Positions 8,595 through 17,700 of a stretch of DNA of 55,083 bases are shown here, one piece after another. This DNA is from a virus (Duplodnaviria; Caudoviricetes): positions 1-55,083 of the IMG/VR virus record IMGVR_UViG_3300023284_000540; one strand, written 5' to 3'. The first letter of the stretch is position 1. Each line of letters opens with the position of its first letter. The notes beneath the pieces are model-generated. The model did no database searches, was not told the origin of the DNA, and saw nothing but the letters and a program-made list of their open reading frames with translations. A program made the translations under genes and the position numbers.

Positions 8595-9220
8595 TTCCCC
8601 TCCTTCTGATCTCTGTGCTCTGTCAGCAGCGCCCAGTTGTCATCTATCTCCTTCTGGGTGAACTCAATAGCCCAGCAACGTAGCTGGGGTCTTATCGGAT
8701 ATGAATAATCTCCACACAGAAATAATATGTGCATCCTTGCCCACCTGGTATTCTTACCCTTACAGTATGCTTTAACCTGGGACATCCACATCCATTCATT
8801 ACTCAGGTCTCCTACGGTCTTGGTACTTTTGTATGTGACCTTACACTCGTGGACAATGAGGGTATGGTTCCTGTACTTGCCCTGAGAACGTGTAATGATT
8901 ACATCCACAGACTCTCCATCTGGGGTCATATAAACCCCGTCAACTTGAATTTGACCAGGATGATCTACGACACCCAGCTCACCCAGGAAGGTAGGGATAT
9001 AGTATTCCTCCCAAGCCAGACCTATATTCATCCTGAGTACAGCCACGGGATCAGTTACTTGCCTCCCATCTACCAGAGACAACTCCTCTGCCCATTCAGG
9101 CTTCAGGATGCCTACCTCTGTGGCTATAGACCTGATAATATTGGAGATATGCACTCCCTCCGATCTGGGTACCCTAGACTTTGGCAGGGTCAGATTCACC
9201 GGGATTTCATTGACTATCAT
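8591..9220 (-). CDS. PD-(D/E)xK nuclease (Cas4/RecB-like exonuclease)
   Basis: TPDG...HECK...QVKAY. Confidence 0.8.
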   Translation of the reverse strand: MIVNEIPVNLTLPKSRVPRSEGVHISNIIRSIATEVGILKPEWAEELSLVDGRQVTDPVAVLRMNIGLAWEEYYIPTFLGELGVVDHPGQIQVDGVYMTPDGESVDVIITRSQGKYRNHTLIVHECKVTYKSTKTVGDLSNEWMWMSQVKAYCKGKNTRWARMHILFLCGDYSYPIRPQLRCWAIEFTQKEIDDNWALLTEHRDQKEGK

Positions 9221-9226
9221 TTGTCT

Positions 9227-9454
9227 TTATCTGCTCCGCTCATTGGCGGCGCGAAGGGCTTCTCTGCTTTCCCCCCGCATGGGACGTGCCTTAATAATCT
9301 CTTCTATATCCGCCCGCAGATTGGTGAGCTTCTCTTCCAGATCGCGCGTCTTCATATCGACTTGTTGGTACACCTCTAAATCAAATCGCTGCTCCAACTC
9401 CGTGATGCGCTTGCGTAACAAATCTGTCCCAGAGTGGTTAGTTATTTCCGTCAC
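9227..9454 (-). CDS. Coiled-coil hypothetical protein
   Basis: GTGA coupling; heptad pattern. Confidence 0.55.
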   Translation of the reverse strand: MTEITNHSGTDLLRKRITELEQRFDLEVYQQVDMKTRDLEEKLTNLRADIEEIIKARPMRGESREALRAANERSR

Positions 9455-9681
9455 ACAAATTTCTCCGTTTCCGTTAAGATGGCTTGGACTTGATCCTCCA
9501 ATTTAGATGGGCCGCCTGGATATTGTTGGCCCAATCTCTCCAATAACAGGTGCGTCTGAGAGAGCAACACCCGCAATCGTCGGATCGCTTCCAGAGCATC
9601 CGGGTAGAGGCAGGCATGGCTATCGACACCATAAACACGCTCCCCGCAAACATATTCCTTACACCCACAGTGTTCGCTCAT
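9451..9681 (-). CDS. Hypothetical Cys-rich protein
   Basis: GAGG RBS; operon context. Confidence 0.55.
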   Translation of the reverse strand: MSEHCGCKEYVCGERVYGVDSHACLYPDALEAIRRLRVLLSQTHLLLERLGQQYPGGPSKLEDQVQAILTETEKFV

Positions 9682-9693
9682 GGCTTCCTCATT

Positions 9694-10047
9694 TTAAATT
9701 TTCCAGATGGGTAAACATAATATTTGATCCGCCCTAAGCCCTCGCACACCCTCAACCTCAATTCTCTCCTGAGATTCCCCGTCAATTTGCTTGCTGATGT
9801 AGAGGACCAAGCCACTTTCCGTTTCTTTGCCAAGCACCGTCAGAAGGAGGTCCTTCTTTCCTTTAGCGGAGATGCGTTTTATTTCTGTATCTTTAGACAG
9901 CCCCAACACAAGTAGAGCCATCACAACCTCCTTTCCATCTACTTCTCCTTTGTTCAATCGAATGAAAGCCTGTCCTGTAATATCTGATTTGCCCTCTTCA
10001 CAAATAAGCATATCTAGCGTGTCCATAGCTATATCACCTCCAACCAT
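9694..10047 (-). CDS. Hypothetical protein
   Basis: ORF in the operon; start uncertain (GGAGG precedes the internal MDTLD). Confidence 0.55.
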   Translation of the reverse strand: MVGGDIAMDTLDMLICEEGKSDITGQAFIRLNKGEVDGKEVVMALLVLGLSKDTEIKRISAKGKKDLLLTVLGKETESGLVLYISKQIDGESQERIEVEGVRGLRADQILCLPIWKI

Positions 10048-10076
10048 GACTTCCTCGACTTCCTCATTTCAAAAAG

Positions 10077-10261
10077 TGGCTGCTGGTCGGACTTGAAACC
10101 GGCTTTCTGGCTATCTGTAGGCTTATTGGCCTGAGTTCACCCCGCCCAGATCGCGGGTAACGCTTCTTGGTGTTTAGTCGGAACCACGGGCGCGACCCGT
10201 CTATTTCCGCACCGTCCCTCACCTACAGCATGTAGCATGTCCCTTCCACGCTGCAGCAGCC
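10077..10261 (-). ncRNA. tRNA-like structured RNA with an oversized central arm
   Basis: Acceptor-like stem GGCTGCTG/CAGCAGCC-A, D-like arm GCGTG-GAAGGGA-CATGC, T-like arm GCCGG-TTTCAAGT-CCGAC; central arm closed by CTGTAGG/CCTACAG. Confidence 0.55.
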
Positions 10262-10329
10262 TCTCAGCAGGCCGTACTCCCACCCCCTATGGAAATTGGA
10301 GGCGATGTTGTTTCCGGCCTGCCAAGCTC

Positions 10330-10557
10330 ATTGCCAGTGACCCGCATGACGTTGCTTGTGTTTGAAGGCGCATATTATAGGCGTCTCCGCACACAGGGCC
10401 TTGGCCGATTCCACCAAGGAAGGCCACTGGCAATCTTTAGGGGCCACGCATCGCTTGCCTGTGATCCGGCTTCCGGCTTGAGGGGCTACCCCAAGTTGCC
10501 TATCTCGTGCGGCCTCAGCGTCGCGTGCGATGCACCGTCCTCTCGGACTATGGCCCC
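10330..10557 (-). ncRNA. Two adjacent structured RNA domains (putative ncRNA)
   Basis: Domain A: GGGGCCAT/GTGGCCCC, GCATCGC/GCGATGC and a GTCC-GAGA-GGAC hairpin (10440-10557). Domain B: ATTGCCAGTGGCC/GGTCACTGGCAAT enclosing CCTTGG/CCAAGG (10330-10434). Confidence 0.4.
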
Positions 10558-10560
10558 GTC

Positions 10561-11508
10561 TCAATCTCCAGGCACTATCCTGCCGGAATCAGACAGAGAG
10601 AACCCTATCTCACCAAGCAGTCCAGACAAATCATCATCCGTCGTGAAGTACGAATCAATAACTGCCTGAGCCATCTCGGTTCCATCTGCATCATTGACAG
10701 CTTTGAAGACTCCTGTCTTGAGTATCAATTTGGCGCAACCTTTAGGACTCTTGGCTAGAACAACGGATGCCCCACTCTTGGCAGATTCAAGAATGGCTTC
10801 ATCCCCTGCCAACTCATCAGGCGCGGGCTGTGGAGCTGCTTTGGCTCTCGATAGCGCGGCAGTCCTACTTGCCGTCACACCTGTTGATCTGGTGGAAGCC
10901 TTGGGGGGTGACCCGCCTGGTATCCCTCCACCTTCTTCCCAAGGCTTACCATCTTCCTTTATCTCTGAAACCACGGCTATGGTCCCTGGCCTGCGGATTT
11001 CAGCAGCAGCCTCACCCGTTTGCGCCGATGAAGCAAACCCTTTCCTTTCTTCAGGTTCCGGCACATTTGATATATGGACCCAGGTGCCTTCCAAAACGGA
11101 AATGTCATTCGTGAATATCCCCTTCGGTAACCCACAATCGGTCAGGGATTTAAGGAAGTACATCCAATTAGTCTGGTTGCTGAGAGTCATGCCCAAACCA
11201 CCAGGGATAGCAACGATACCCTTACCATTCTCAGGGTTCGGTGTAAATGACTTGTGAGCACTGGTCCCCATCGAATAGAACTGTTTCCTTTCCTTCTCAT
11301 CAAGATCAGTGAGAGATTGAAATGTAATCATTACACCAAGCCTGGACGGTCCCTTGAGTTCCCCCCTCTCGTTCTGTGCCTGGTACATCTCAACACCTAA
11401 CTCCATCATGCAATAGTCACCCTCTGGTAGACCACCACCAGCGACATACATATCAGTGTCGCCAAAGTTCACTGTGTCTACTACAGCCTTCCTCCTTTGT
11501 AATGCCAT
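10561..11508 (-). CDS. Putative single-stranded DNA-binding/replication protein
   Basis: LPEGDY motif, beta-rich N-terminus, low-complexity linker; lies between the helicase and exonuclease genes. Confidence 0.5.
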   Translation of the reverse strand: MALQRRKAVVDTVNFGDTDMYVAGGGLPEGDYCMMELGVEMYQAQNERGELKGPSRLGVMITFQSLTDLDEKERKQFYSMGTSAHKSFTPNPENGKGIVAIPGGLGMTLSNQTNWMYFLKSLTDCGLPKGIFTNDISVLEGTWVHISNVPEPEERKGFASSAQTGEAAAEIRRPGTIAVVSEIKEDGKPWEEGGGIPGGSPPKASTRSTGVTASRTAALSRAKAAPQPAPDELAGDEAILESAKSGASVVLAKSPKGCAKLILKTGVFKAVNDADGTEMAQAVIDSYFTTDDDLSGLLGEIGFSLSDSGRIVPGD

Positions 11509-11529
11509 ACAGTTTTTCTCCTTTGTAGT

Positions 11530-11718
11530 TTATTGTTTTCTTTCTCGAATCCAACGCTTAGCAGCGTTTATAGCTTCATCCTCCATATCCTCCTGGCCAC
11601 AGTTTCCCAGTGAGGACCAAAACCATCTGTAACCTTTCTTCCACCAGTAGTACATGCCTTTCCTGCGGCGACTTCTATATAGAGCCTTGAAGGCATCAAT
11701 CGGGATATTGTTTTTCAT
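11530..11718 (-). CDS. Hypothetical basic protein
   Basis: ATGA coupling. Confidence 0.5.
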   Translation of the reverse strand: MKNNIPIDAFKALYRSRRRKGMYYWWKKGYRWFWSSLGNCGQEDMEDEAINAAKRWIRERKQ

Positions 11719-11894
11719 TGAGATAACTTTGTTTCACCTTTCGCAGCTTCCTTTTCCATTAAATCCTTGTCAAAGTTGTCATGCAGCTCACCAAAAAGAG
11801 CCCTCCATACCTCTGATCCTGTAGTGTTTTCAGCTATTTTAATGAGGTAAGTAAGAATATCTATCTTGGCTTTGAGTTCAGCAATGTTGTTCAT
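11715..11894 (-). CDS. Hypothetical 59 aa protein (not in ORF track)
   Basis: MNNIAELKAKIDILTYLIK...; ATGA overlaps at both ends fill the gap exactly. Confidence 0.55.
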   Translation of the reverse strand: MNNIAELKAKIDILTYLIKIAENTTGSEVWRALFGELHDNFDKDLMEKEAAKGETKLSQ

Positions 11895-13459
11895 AGTTTC
11901 CTTAACGGTTGTGGCATGTTGTCCAGCATACGAAAGAACTTATGAAACGACCTTGGCGCAAGATGCCCATAGCGTGGCAGGAACCAATCCATATGACTAT
12001 CCACCATGATACTCTCACACATATCATCCCTGCTTCGCATACCTCTGCCGAATGCCTGAACCATATATTGCATAGCCAGGTAAGGCCCATACTCATTATC
12101 ATCTGATTGTCTCGCCTTGATGATCTTAGCCCTGCCATCAGGGAACGGAATCTTACACATAAACTGCCACTCACAGGTATCCATAGGAAAGTCGTAACCA
12201 GTGCCTACAGAAGGGCTTACGAGAGTAGTGCCTGGGGGGGAATCCTTGAATTTCCTAATAGTATCACTCATGGACCTTCCTCTCTGGTTTAGTATCATAG
12301 AGCTGGCGTATCTGCTGGATTCCAAGACCTCCTGCTGGCGGGCATAGCTGATAGTGTGGATGATGCCTTTTCTATCTCTCCGCCTGGCCATGAACTGATC
12401 TAGCCTGACCCACAGTGGTCTCAAATCTCTGGTTCGTGCATCCACCCGCACAGGAGGATTGGCAGGAACATAGTAAATAGGACAACGATCAGGATCAAAT
12501 CCGCTTGGAAACTCCTTGAAATCAGAGTCCTTCTGGGTTACACCTATCATGTAAAGTGTTTTGGGTCTTAGGGTTGCGCTAACTACAACGATCTTAGGCA
12601 TCTTCAAGAGCAGGGCCGCCTCTGCATACTGCGTCGGTCGGATAGGATCGAACTGATATCCTCCATCAATCTCATCCACTATCCAATTATTAGCCGTGCA
12701 TGTGGCCAGTATGGTCAACCTTGCGCAAAGCAGTCTCATATGGCTGAGATGTTTTACTAGACTTAGTGGAGGATCAGGGGAATACTTTATCTTCTTCGCG
12801 GATTCAACTCTTTCTTCCTCGGCTATGTACCGAACACGATCAGACCAGTGCTTCCACTCATTCATATTACTTCTGAACCTATCAGCAGGAAATGGAACCT
12901 TTAAGGTTTCCTCAATTTCCTTATGATTAAGGACTACTTGCATAGCTCTAGCTAAAGCGTCAGGGGCATCATGTCCTTCATCAAAGATAACCTGCTGGAA
13001 ATGCTCCATGCCCAGACCATATCTGCGGCAAGATGTCCATTTGTCGTAGTTTGTGACCACCAGCTTAGACGCTGCGGCTCTCATTTGAGCTTTGCTATAC
13101 GGACAGAGGACGGTCCCCTGAGATTCACACCGGGAAATATGACCGTCTTCGCAACTATAGCTCGGCCTAAGTTCACAGTTATAGTTATTGCGGCCTCTGA
13201 TGTCCACCAGACCTATACTGCTATAGTCTTGGATCAATTGATCTTGTAGACCTTTGGAGCTGGTGACGATACAGGTAGGTAACTTACTTAGTAAGGCGGC
13301 GGCCACATAAGCGGGAGATTTGCCAAATCCGGTAGGGGCTGACAGGGCTATCACTCTCTTCTGAGATGTAATCATTACATCCACGGCCTCCTCCTGACCG
13401 GTTCGCCAGCTATCAAACTTCTCAGGCAGGCCGCATTCGTGTGGGGCGGGTGTTTTCAT
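11891..13459 (-). CDS. dinG: DinG/XPD-family SF2 helicase with Fe-S cysteines
   Basis: Q motif RTGQ, APTGFGKS, RGRNNYNC..C..C..CPY, DEGH, SAT, GYDF, KIPFP, QAFGRGMRSRDD. Confidence 0.9.
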   Translation of the reverse strand: MKTPAPHECGLPEKFDSWRTGQEEAVDVMITSQKRVIALSAPTGFGKSPAYVAAALLSKLPTCIVTSSKGLQDQLIQDYSSIGLVDIRGRNNYNCELRPSYSCEDGHISRCESQGTVLCPYSKAQMRAAASKLVVTNYDKWTSCRRYGLGMEHFQQVIFDEGHDAPDALARAMQVVLNHKEIEETLKVPFPADRFRSNMNEWKHWSDRVRYIAEEERVESAKKIKYSPDPPLSLVKHLSHMRLLCARLTILATCTANNWIVDEIDGGYQFDPIRPTQYAEAALLLKMPKIVVVSATLRPKTLYMIGVTQKDSDFKEFPSGFDPDRCPIYYVPANPPVRVDARTRDLRPLWVRLDQFMARRRDRKGIIHTISYARQQEVLESSRYASSMILNQRGRSMSDTIRKFKDSPPGTTLVSPSVGTGYDFPMDTCEWQFMCKIPFPDGRAKIIKARQSDDNEYGPYLAMQYMVQAFGRGMRSRDDMCESIMVDSHMDWFLPRYGHLAPRSFHKFFRMLDNMPQPLRKL

Positions 13460-13471
13460 ACAGCCAATAAT

Positions 13472-13690
13472 CTAACGTATATGAAGCTCGAAATTAACAT
13501 CATCAAATCCGGCCTCAGAACCACAATGAGGGCATCTCCATGTGGCGTCGGGTCTATTCATCTGATTTATGTACTCTTGTTTTGTCAGGAACACTTGGCC
13601 GCAGCCTGCCACATCAGGCATATCCCACGGCCCTTCACAGGTAACAGCGTAAGGTGTAGGCTCAGTAGATGCCCCTGCGTGATTGCTCAT
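13472..13690 (-). CDS. Small Zn-ribbon protein
   Basis: C...C and WRCPHCG. Confidence 0.65.
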   Translation of the reverse strand: MSNHAGASTEPTPYAVTCEGPWDMPDVAGCGQVFLTKQEYINQMNRPDATWRCPHCGSEAGFDDVNFELHIR

Positions 13691-13691
13691 G

Positions 13692-13901
13692 TCAGACTCC
13701 TTCTTTTACAGAGGGCATACCTAATGATTTTACATAGGCAATAAGGTCATCACGCCTGTACCTGACTGAGACTCCCTGCTTGACCCACTTCGGACCCCTG
13801 CCATCTCTCCTCCATAACCTAACTGTCCAAATAGACTGTTCCAGCAGTCCAGCCACATCAATCTCAGTAGAAAACAGCTTAATTTCATTAAAATCAGTCA
13901 T
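13692..13901 (-). CDS. AlpA/excisionase-like HTH DNA-binding protein
   Basis: VAGLL..S..TVRLWRRDGRGPKWVK.G.SVRYRRDDL. Confidence 0.85.
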   Translation of the reverse strand: MTDFNEIKLFSTEIDVAGLLEQSIWTVRLWRRDGRGPKWVKQGVSVRYRRDDLIAYVKSLGMPSVKEGV

Positions 13902-13931
13902 ATCCAGCCCTCAGTTGGTACTGATTAGCAT

Positions 13932-13960
13932 ACATTAGGGTATGTCTGGTGGGATGTCAA
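13932..13960 (-). promoter_or_regulatory. Sigma70-type promoter TTGACA-N17-TAATGT for the replication operon
   Basis: -35 at 13960-13955, -10 at 13937-13932. Confidence 0.7.
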
Positions 13961-13974
13961 GCGAAATGTTTGAT

Positions 13975-14343
13975 TTAGACTATCTTTTTTAGGAGAGGTA
14001 TCCTAGGAATCCTGGGCCTGCCTGCTTTGAGTCTAGCATCATCCTCGGCTTTTTCACGCTTGAGCCGGGTGTCGTACTGAGAAATAATTCTCTTGTTCCT
14101 AGCTCTCAAGCCAGCCGTTCTCTGATCCAGGGTATCCAGGAACGCCTCCAAACCCATGCCAAGGGCAGCGGATACCTTCCTTGCGTATGCGAGACTAGGC
14201 TGCCTCTCGCCAGAGAATATCCTTGAGAGCCAGGATTGGTCGAGACCTTGAGTCCTAGCTAAACCCAACAAAGAGATATACTTACCATCAAATAATATGC
14301 TCTGGCGGGTAGGCTTCAGCTCCCAAGGTCCGCTCTGTGCCAT
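13975..14343 (-). CDS. XRE-family HTH transcriptional regulator
   Basis: LARTQGLDQSWLSRIFSGERQPSL..ARKVSAALG. Confidence 0.88.
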   Translation of the reverse strand: MAQSGPWELKPTRQSILFDGKYISLLGLARTQGLDQSWLSRIFSGERQPSLAYARKVSAALGMGLEAFLDTLDQRTAGLRARNKRIISQYDTRLKREKAEDDARLKAGRPRIPRIPLLKKIV

Positions 14344-14364
14344 AACTGCTGCCCCCTGCTAGGA

Positions 14365-14405
14365 TGTAATGATTACACTTTAGCATGACCAAGTATGTCT
14401 GTCAA
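14365..14405 (-). promoter_or_regulatory. Promoter TTGACA-N17-TAAAGT (extended -10) with a palindrome covering the predicted start site
   Basis: -35 at 14405-14400, -10 at 14382-14377, palindrome at 14365-14377. Confidence 0.8.
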
Positions 14406-14411
14406 GCAAGC

Positions 14412-14741
14412 CTACTCTGGCGATCCTGAGATTGTCCCGGCGGGAAGTTTACCGTCAGCCAGCAGCTTTTCCAAGATGCGAGTGTGTAAGCTCTTTGTAC
14501 TGAAATTACCGGTGTTCATCTGCTGGGCTAAAGTCTTAGCCTCGGCACCCTCCAGGGTGATACTATGAATCCAGCCAGTTTCGGGATGTTCCAACGTAAT
14601 TCCTAGTGTCACTCTGTTTTCAGCTTCTTGTAAGGCTGTTCTGGTAAAAGATATACCTACTACTCTAAAACGATCAACCATTACGGTTCTTTCAAAGCCC
14701 CCAATGTCCTTCTGAACGTCAAATACAATTTCTTCAGCCAT
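14412..14741 (-). CDS. Small tail-associated protein
   Basis: Start MAEEI overlaps the tail-tip stop (TGATG); C-terminal LLADGKLPAGTISGSP. Confidence 0.65.
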   Translation of the reverse strand: MAEEIVFDVQKDIGGFERTVMVDRFRVVGISFTRTALQEAENRVTLGITLEHPETGWIHSITLEGAEAKTLAQQMNTGNFSTKSLHTRILEKLLADGKLPAGTISGSPE

Positions 14742-17700
14742 CAAATAATATCCTCCACCTGGAAGTTGCGCCTTTTTAGGTTGGACCTTATAGTTCCAGA
14801 CCCGCCCGCACGCCTCCAACGAAAATCAAAAACATAAGAGGTTCCTGGAGTCAGTCCAGTTTTTAGAAAGCTGAGAGATATCAAAACTTCATCAGTACTA
14901 GTCAGCTTATATATTCTCTCGGTTGCGTCCCCCATATTTACACTGTCCTGGAAAAACGAGAATTGTGGAAGGGGCGTTCCACTCTGAGCATGTACATTCA
15001 TGTTATACAGCAAGAGGACTTTGGTAGTCTTAGGTGTGTAGGTAATCGTCATTTGTGGGACAACGGCGTAGGTTGTGCTGCTAGTTTCTGGACTACTGTC
15101 CGATGCAGTTGCCGAATTCTCATTACTACGCCCCGCCCGCAATACCCAGTCCGTGTCCCCGCTGTTGCGCTGCCACAGCTCGTCGGTGTCGGTCTTGTAG
15201 AAGAACTGGTTGGCCGAGGTTGGACTCGGAAACGAGGTGCCCTGTTCCAGGCGCTTGAAGGCGCTGGTATCTGCGATGTTGACCAGGGTTTTGTTGGTGA
15301 CTTCTCCGGTTGCCAGATTGACACTAGCCTTCGTAGCCAGTGCACCTTGGCCTGTAATGTTCGCGGCTGTGTTGTTCAGTGTCTTGTCCGCTCCAGCCTC
15401 GACTGCTGCGAACCTGGTGGCGGAGTTTATAATATCATCCAAATCTGCCGGTGAAGCTATCACCCAGATGGCCCCATTGTGCCGTTTCAACACATAAGGG
15501 ACTACATTTATATCCAACCACAGTTGACTGGTATCCCCAGGTGCGGACGTACTCCGGTGGATTGTAATCTCAGCATTGACGTTGGCGGCGGTGCGATCTG
15601 TCAGGACAGTGAGGCTCTTTCCAGCGGTTGCATCGGCACCAGCCTCGGCGGGCTGTAGGGATTCAACTGTAGTGTCATCAGCAAACCTGAGTTCTTTAGC
15701 TTGAGCCACGCGGATTGCAAACATATCATCGACCCAACCAGTCTGCCCATTATCTGCACTTCCAGCGTGCGCCCCCACCCGGCACCAAACTGCGTTTACT
15801 GGAACGGTTCCCTCAGCCTCGATGACTACAAACGATGTGCTAGTAGTTCCTATTTGTATCGTATTTACAAATCCACCGTCTTTGTCCGCAAACCAGAGTT
15901 GAATAGTACAAGTATCTCCACTCGTTACCTTTGCGGCTCCACGGATCAGCATTCTCTCGCCTTCTATGACCGCGAAGTGCTGTATGGACTCTATGCCATC
16001 AAATCCACCTCCTACATTCGTGAACTTCAAGCTCCGCTTTCCTCTATATGGAGCGGCAGTTTCATAAGCTAAAGTGGCGTTGCCAGATGCCTTCCATCCA
16101 AGTGGCGGTAGTTCAGTGCCAGCCTCAAAGTTGGGATTGGTTGCAAGGTTATAGGAACTAAGCAGGGGGATTTTGACGTGTACCCCATCAACCAGTACAT
16201 CTATGCTTTTACCAGCAGTCTGGTCCGCTCCAGCCTCTACTGCCGCGAATCGAGTAGCGGAATCACCAACATCATCTAAATCCTGCGGGAAGAAGGTTGC
16301 CTGGAATCCATCGTAGAAGGCGGTTTGGGAAACTGTTGGGGCACCTGGTCCACCTTCTATTGTTGCGAAAAATGTTGACGCGGGGGCAGTGCCCAACACA
16401 CGCGAGGGCGCGTAGGTGCTGGAAGTAATACCGTTTCCGACCGCTACTCCAATATTGGCCTTGCTGGAATCTTTCCATCTTATATTCACTTTCGGGGAAC
16501 CATCGCCAGCTGTCCTCTTTATCATGCAACTGGCCATCAACCTATCGCCGGGCTGTATGGGGATAAAAACATCATTTATCAGGGGTGAATTTGAAGTACC
16601 GACGGATTTAGCCACCCATGAACCATCATAAGCATTGGGTGCATCATTTACGATTGTGAAATCCGGACCCTTCGTCCAATCCCGGTCCCCACCCTCAAAG
16701 GTGGGGTTTCTAACCAACTCAATAGCTCCAGATGCATTGGTGAGATTGAGGGCGTTGATGTCCAGTTCAGCCGGGATGATCGAAACATGAACGTTGTCGA
16801 AGAACCAGTGGCCAGAGCCGGGGTTGGTGCCAATCTCAATGCGGAAGAACTCAGTGTCAGAATCAATGATGTCAATAATTTTTCTCAAGTATTGATACGT
16901 TGATATAGCTTCATCCGCGTTAGCTGTAGCACTGGTAGTTCCTAGAACTTTAGAACCGTCATACTCCTTTATACGAATAGCTGCAATATCGCCTGGCAGG
17001 GATGCTGGATCACGTTTCGCCCATGCGCTGATGAGCACACGGTCACCAGTTGAAATTGGAATATAAGAAGAAAAGACACTTGCTCCATCGGATTCCGGTT
17101 TTCTCAAAGCATAAGTTCCATCATGCGGCGCACCGGCGGTATCAACTATTGCTGCGCTGCTTGACGTGGTGGTCCAACCCTCCGTATCCCCTGTCTCAAA
17201 GCTCCCGTTTATGAGCATGTTGGGGAATCTATCCTGAGTAGCTAGGACTACAGCCTCTAGCGCAGCACCTATGTATTGAGTCTTTTTACCTGTCCATCCT
17301 GATCCAGAACGCTCTACTTGGAATATGATGATGTCGGTATCAACGGGAGTGAAGCTGACCCAGAAACCATTCTGATCGTACTCCCATCCCCCCTGTATAT
17401 GCCTCACCACCAGAATATGAGAATCCTGGAAAGCCGCCAATCCCCGGACGCTATTGACCAAGGCCTTGGAAAAGATGATGAACACCCGGCCCGTATAGGA
17501 CTCCAGAGCAAACTGGCTTATACGACTTCGGTTGGCTATGGGTATGGTAATAACAGTCCCGTCTGGATGGAAGATAGTGTAATCCTCACCAGCATTTATA
17601 GGGTCAAAGTCAATTTCCCCAACATTAGGCGCTCCATTTGCCTGGTCTGGAACATACTTACCACGGAGAAAGAAGGTAGCCCCGCCTCCACTTAGCGTCA

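Noticed and set aside
10077-10261. Canonical tRNA or tmRNA
   Set aside because: No 7-nt anticodon loop, an 8-nt T-loop, no G3-U70 alanine determinant and no evident tag ORF; kept only as tRNA-like.
8591-13459. Type IV CRISPR (CasDinG/Cas4) system
   Set aside because: No array and no Cas5/6/7-like genes; the helicase and nuclease sit in an ordinary replication operon.
14741-15100. Diversity-generating retroelement target at the tail-tip C-terminus
   Set aside because: No reverse transcriptase gene and no template/variable repeat pair seen.
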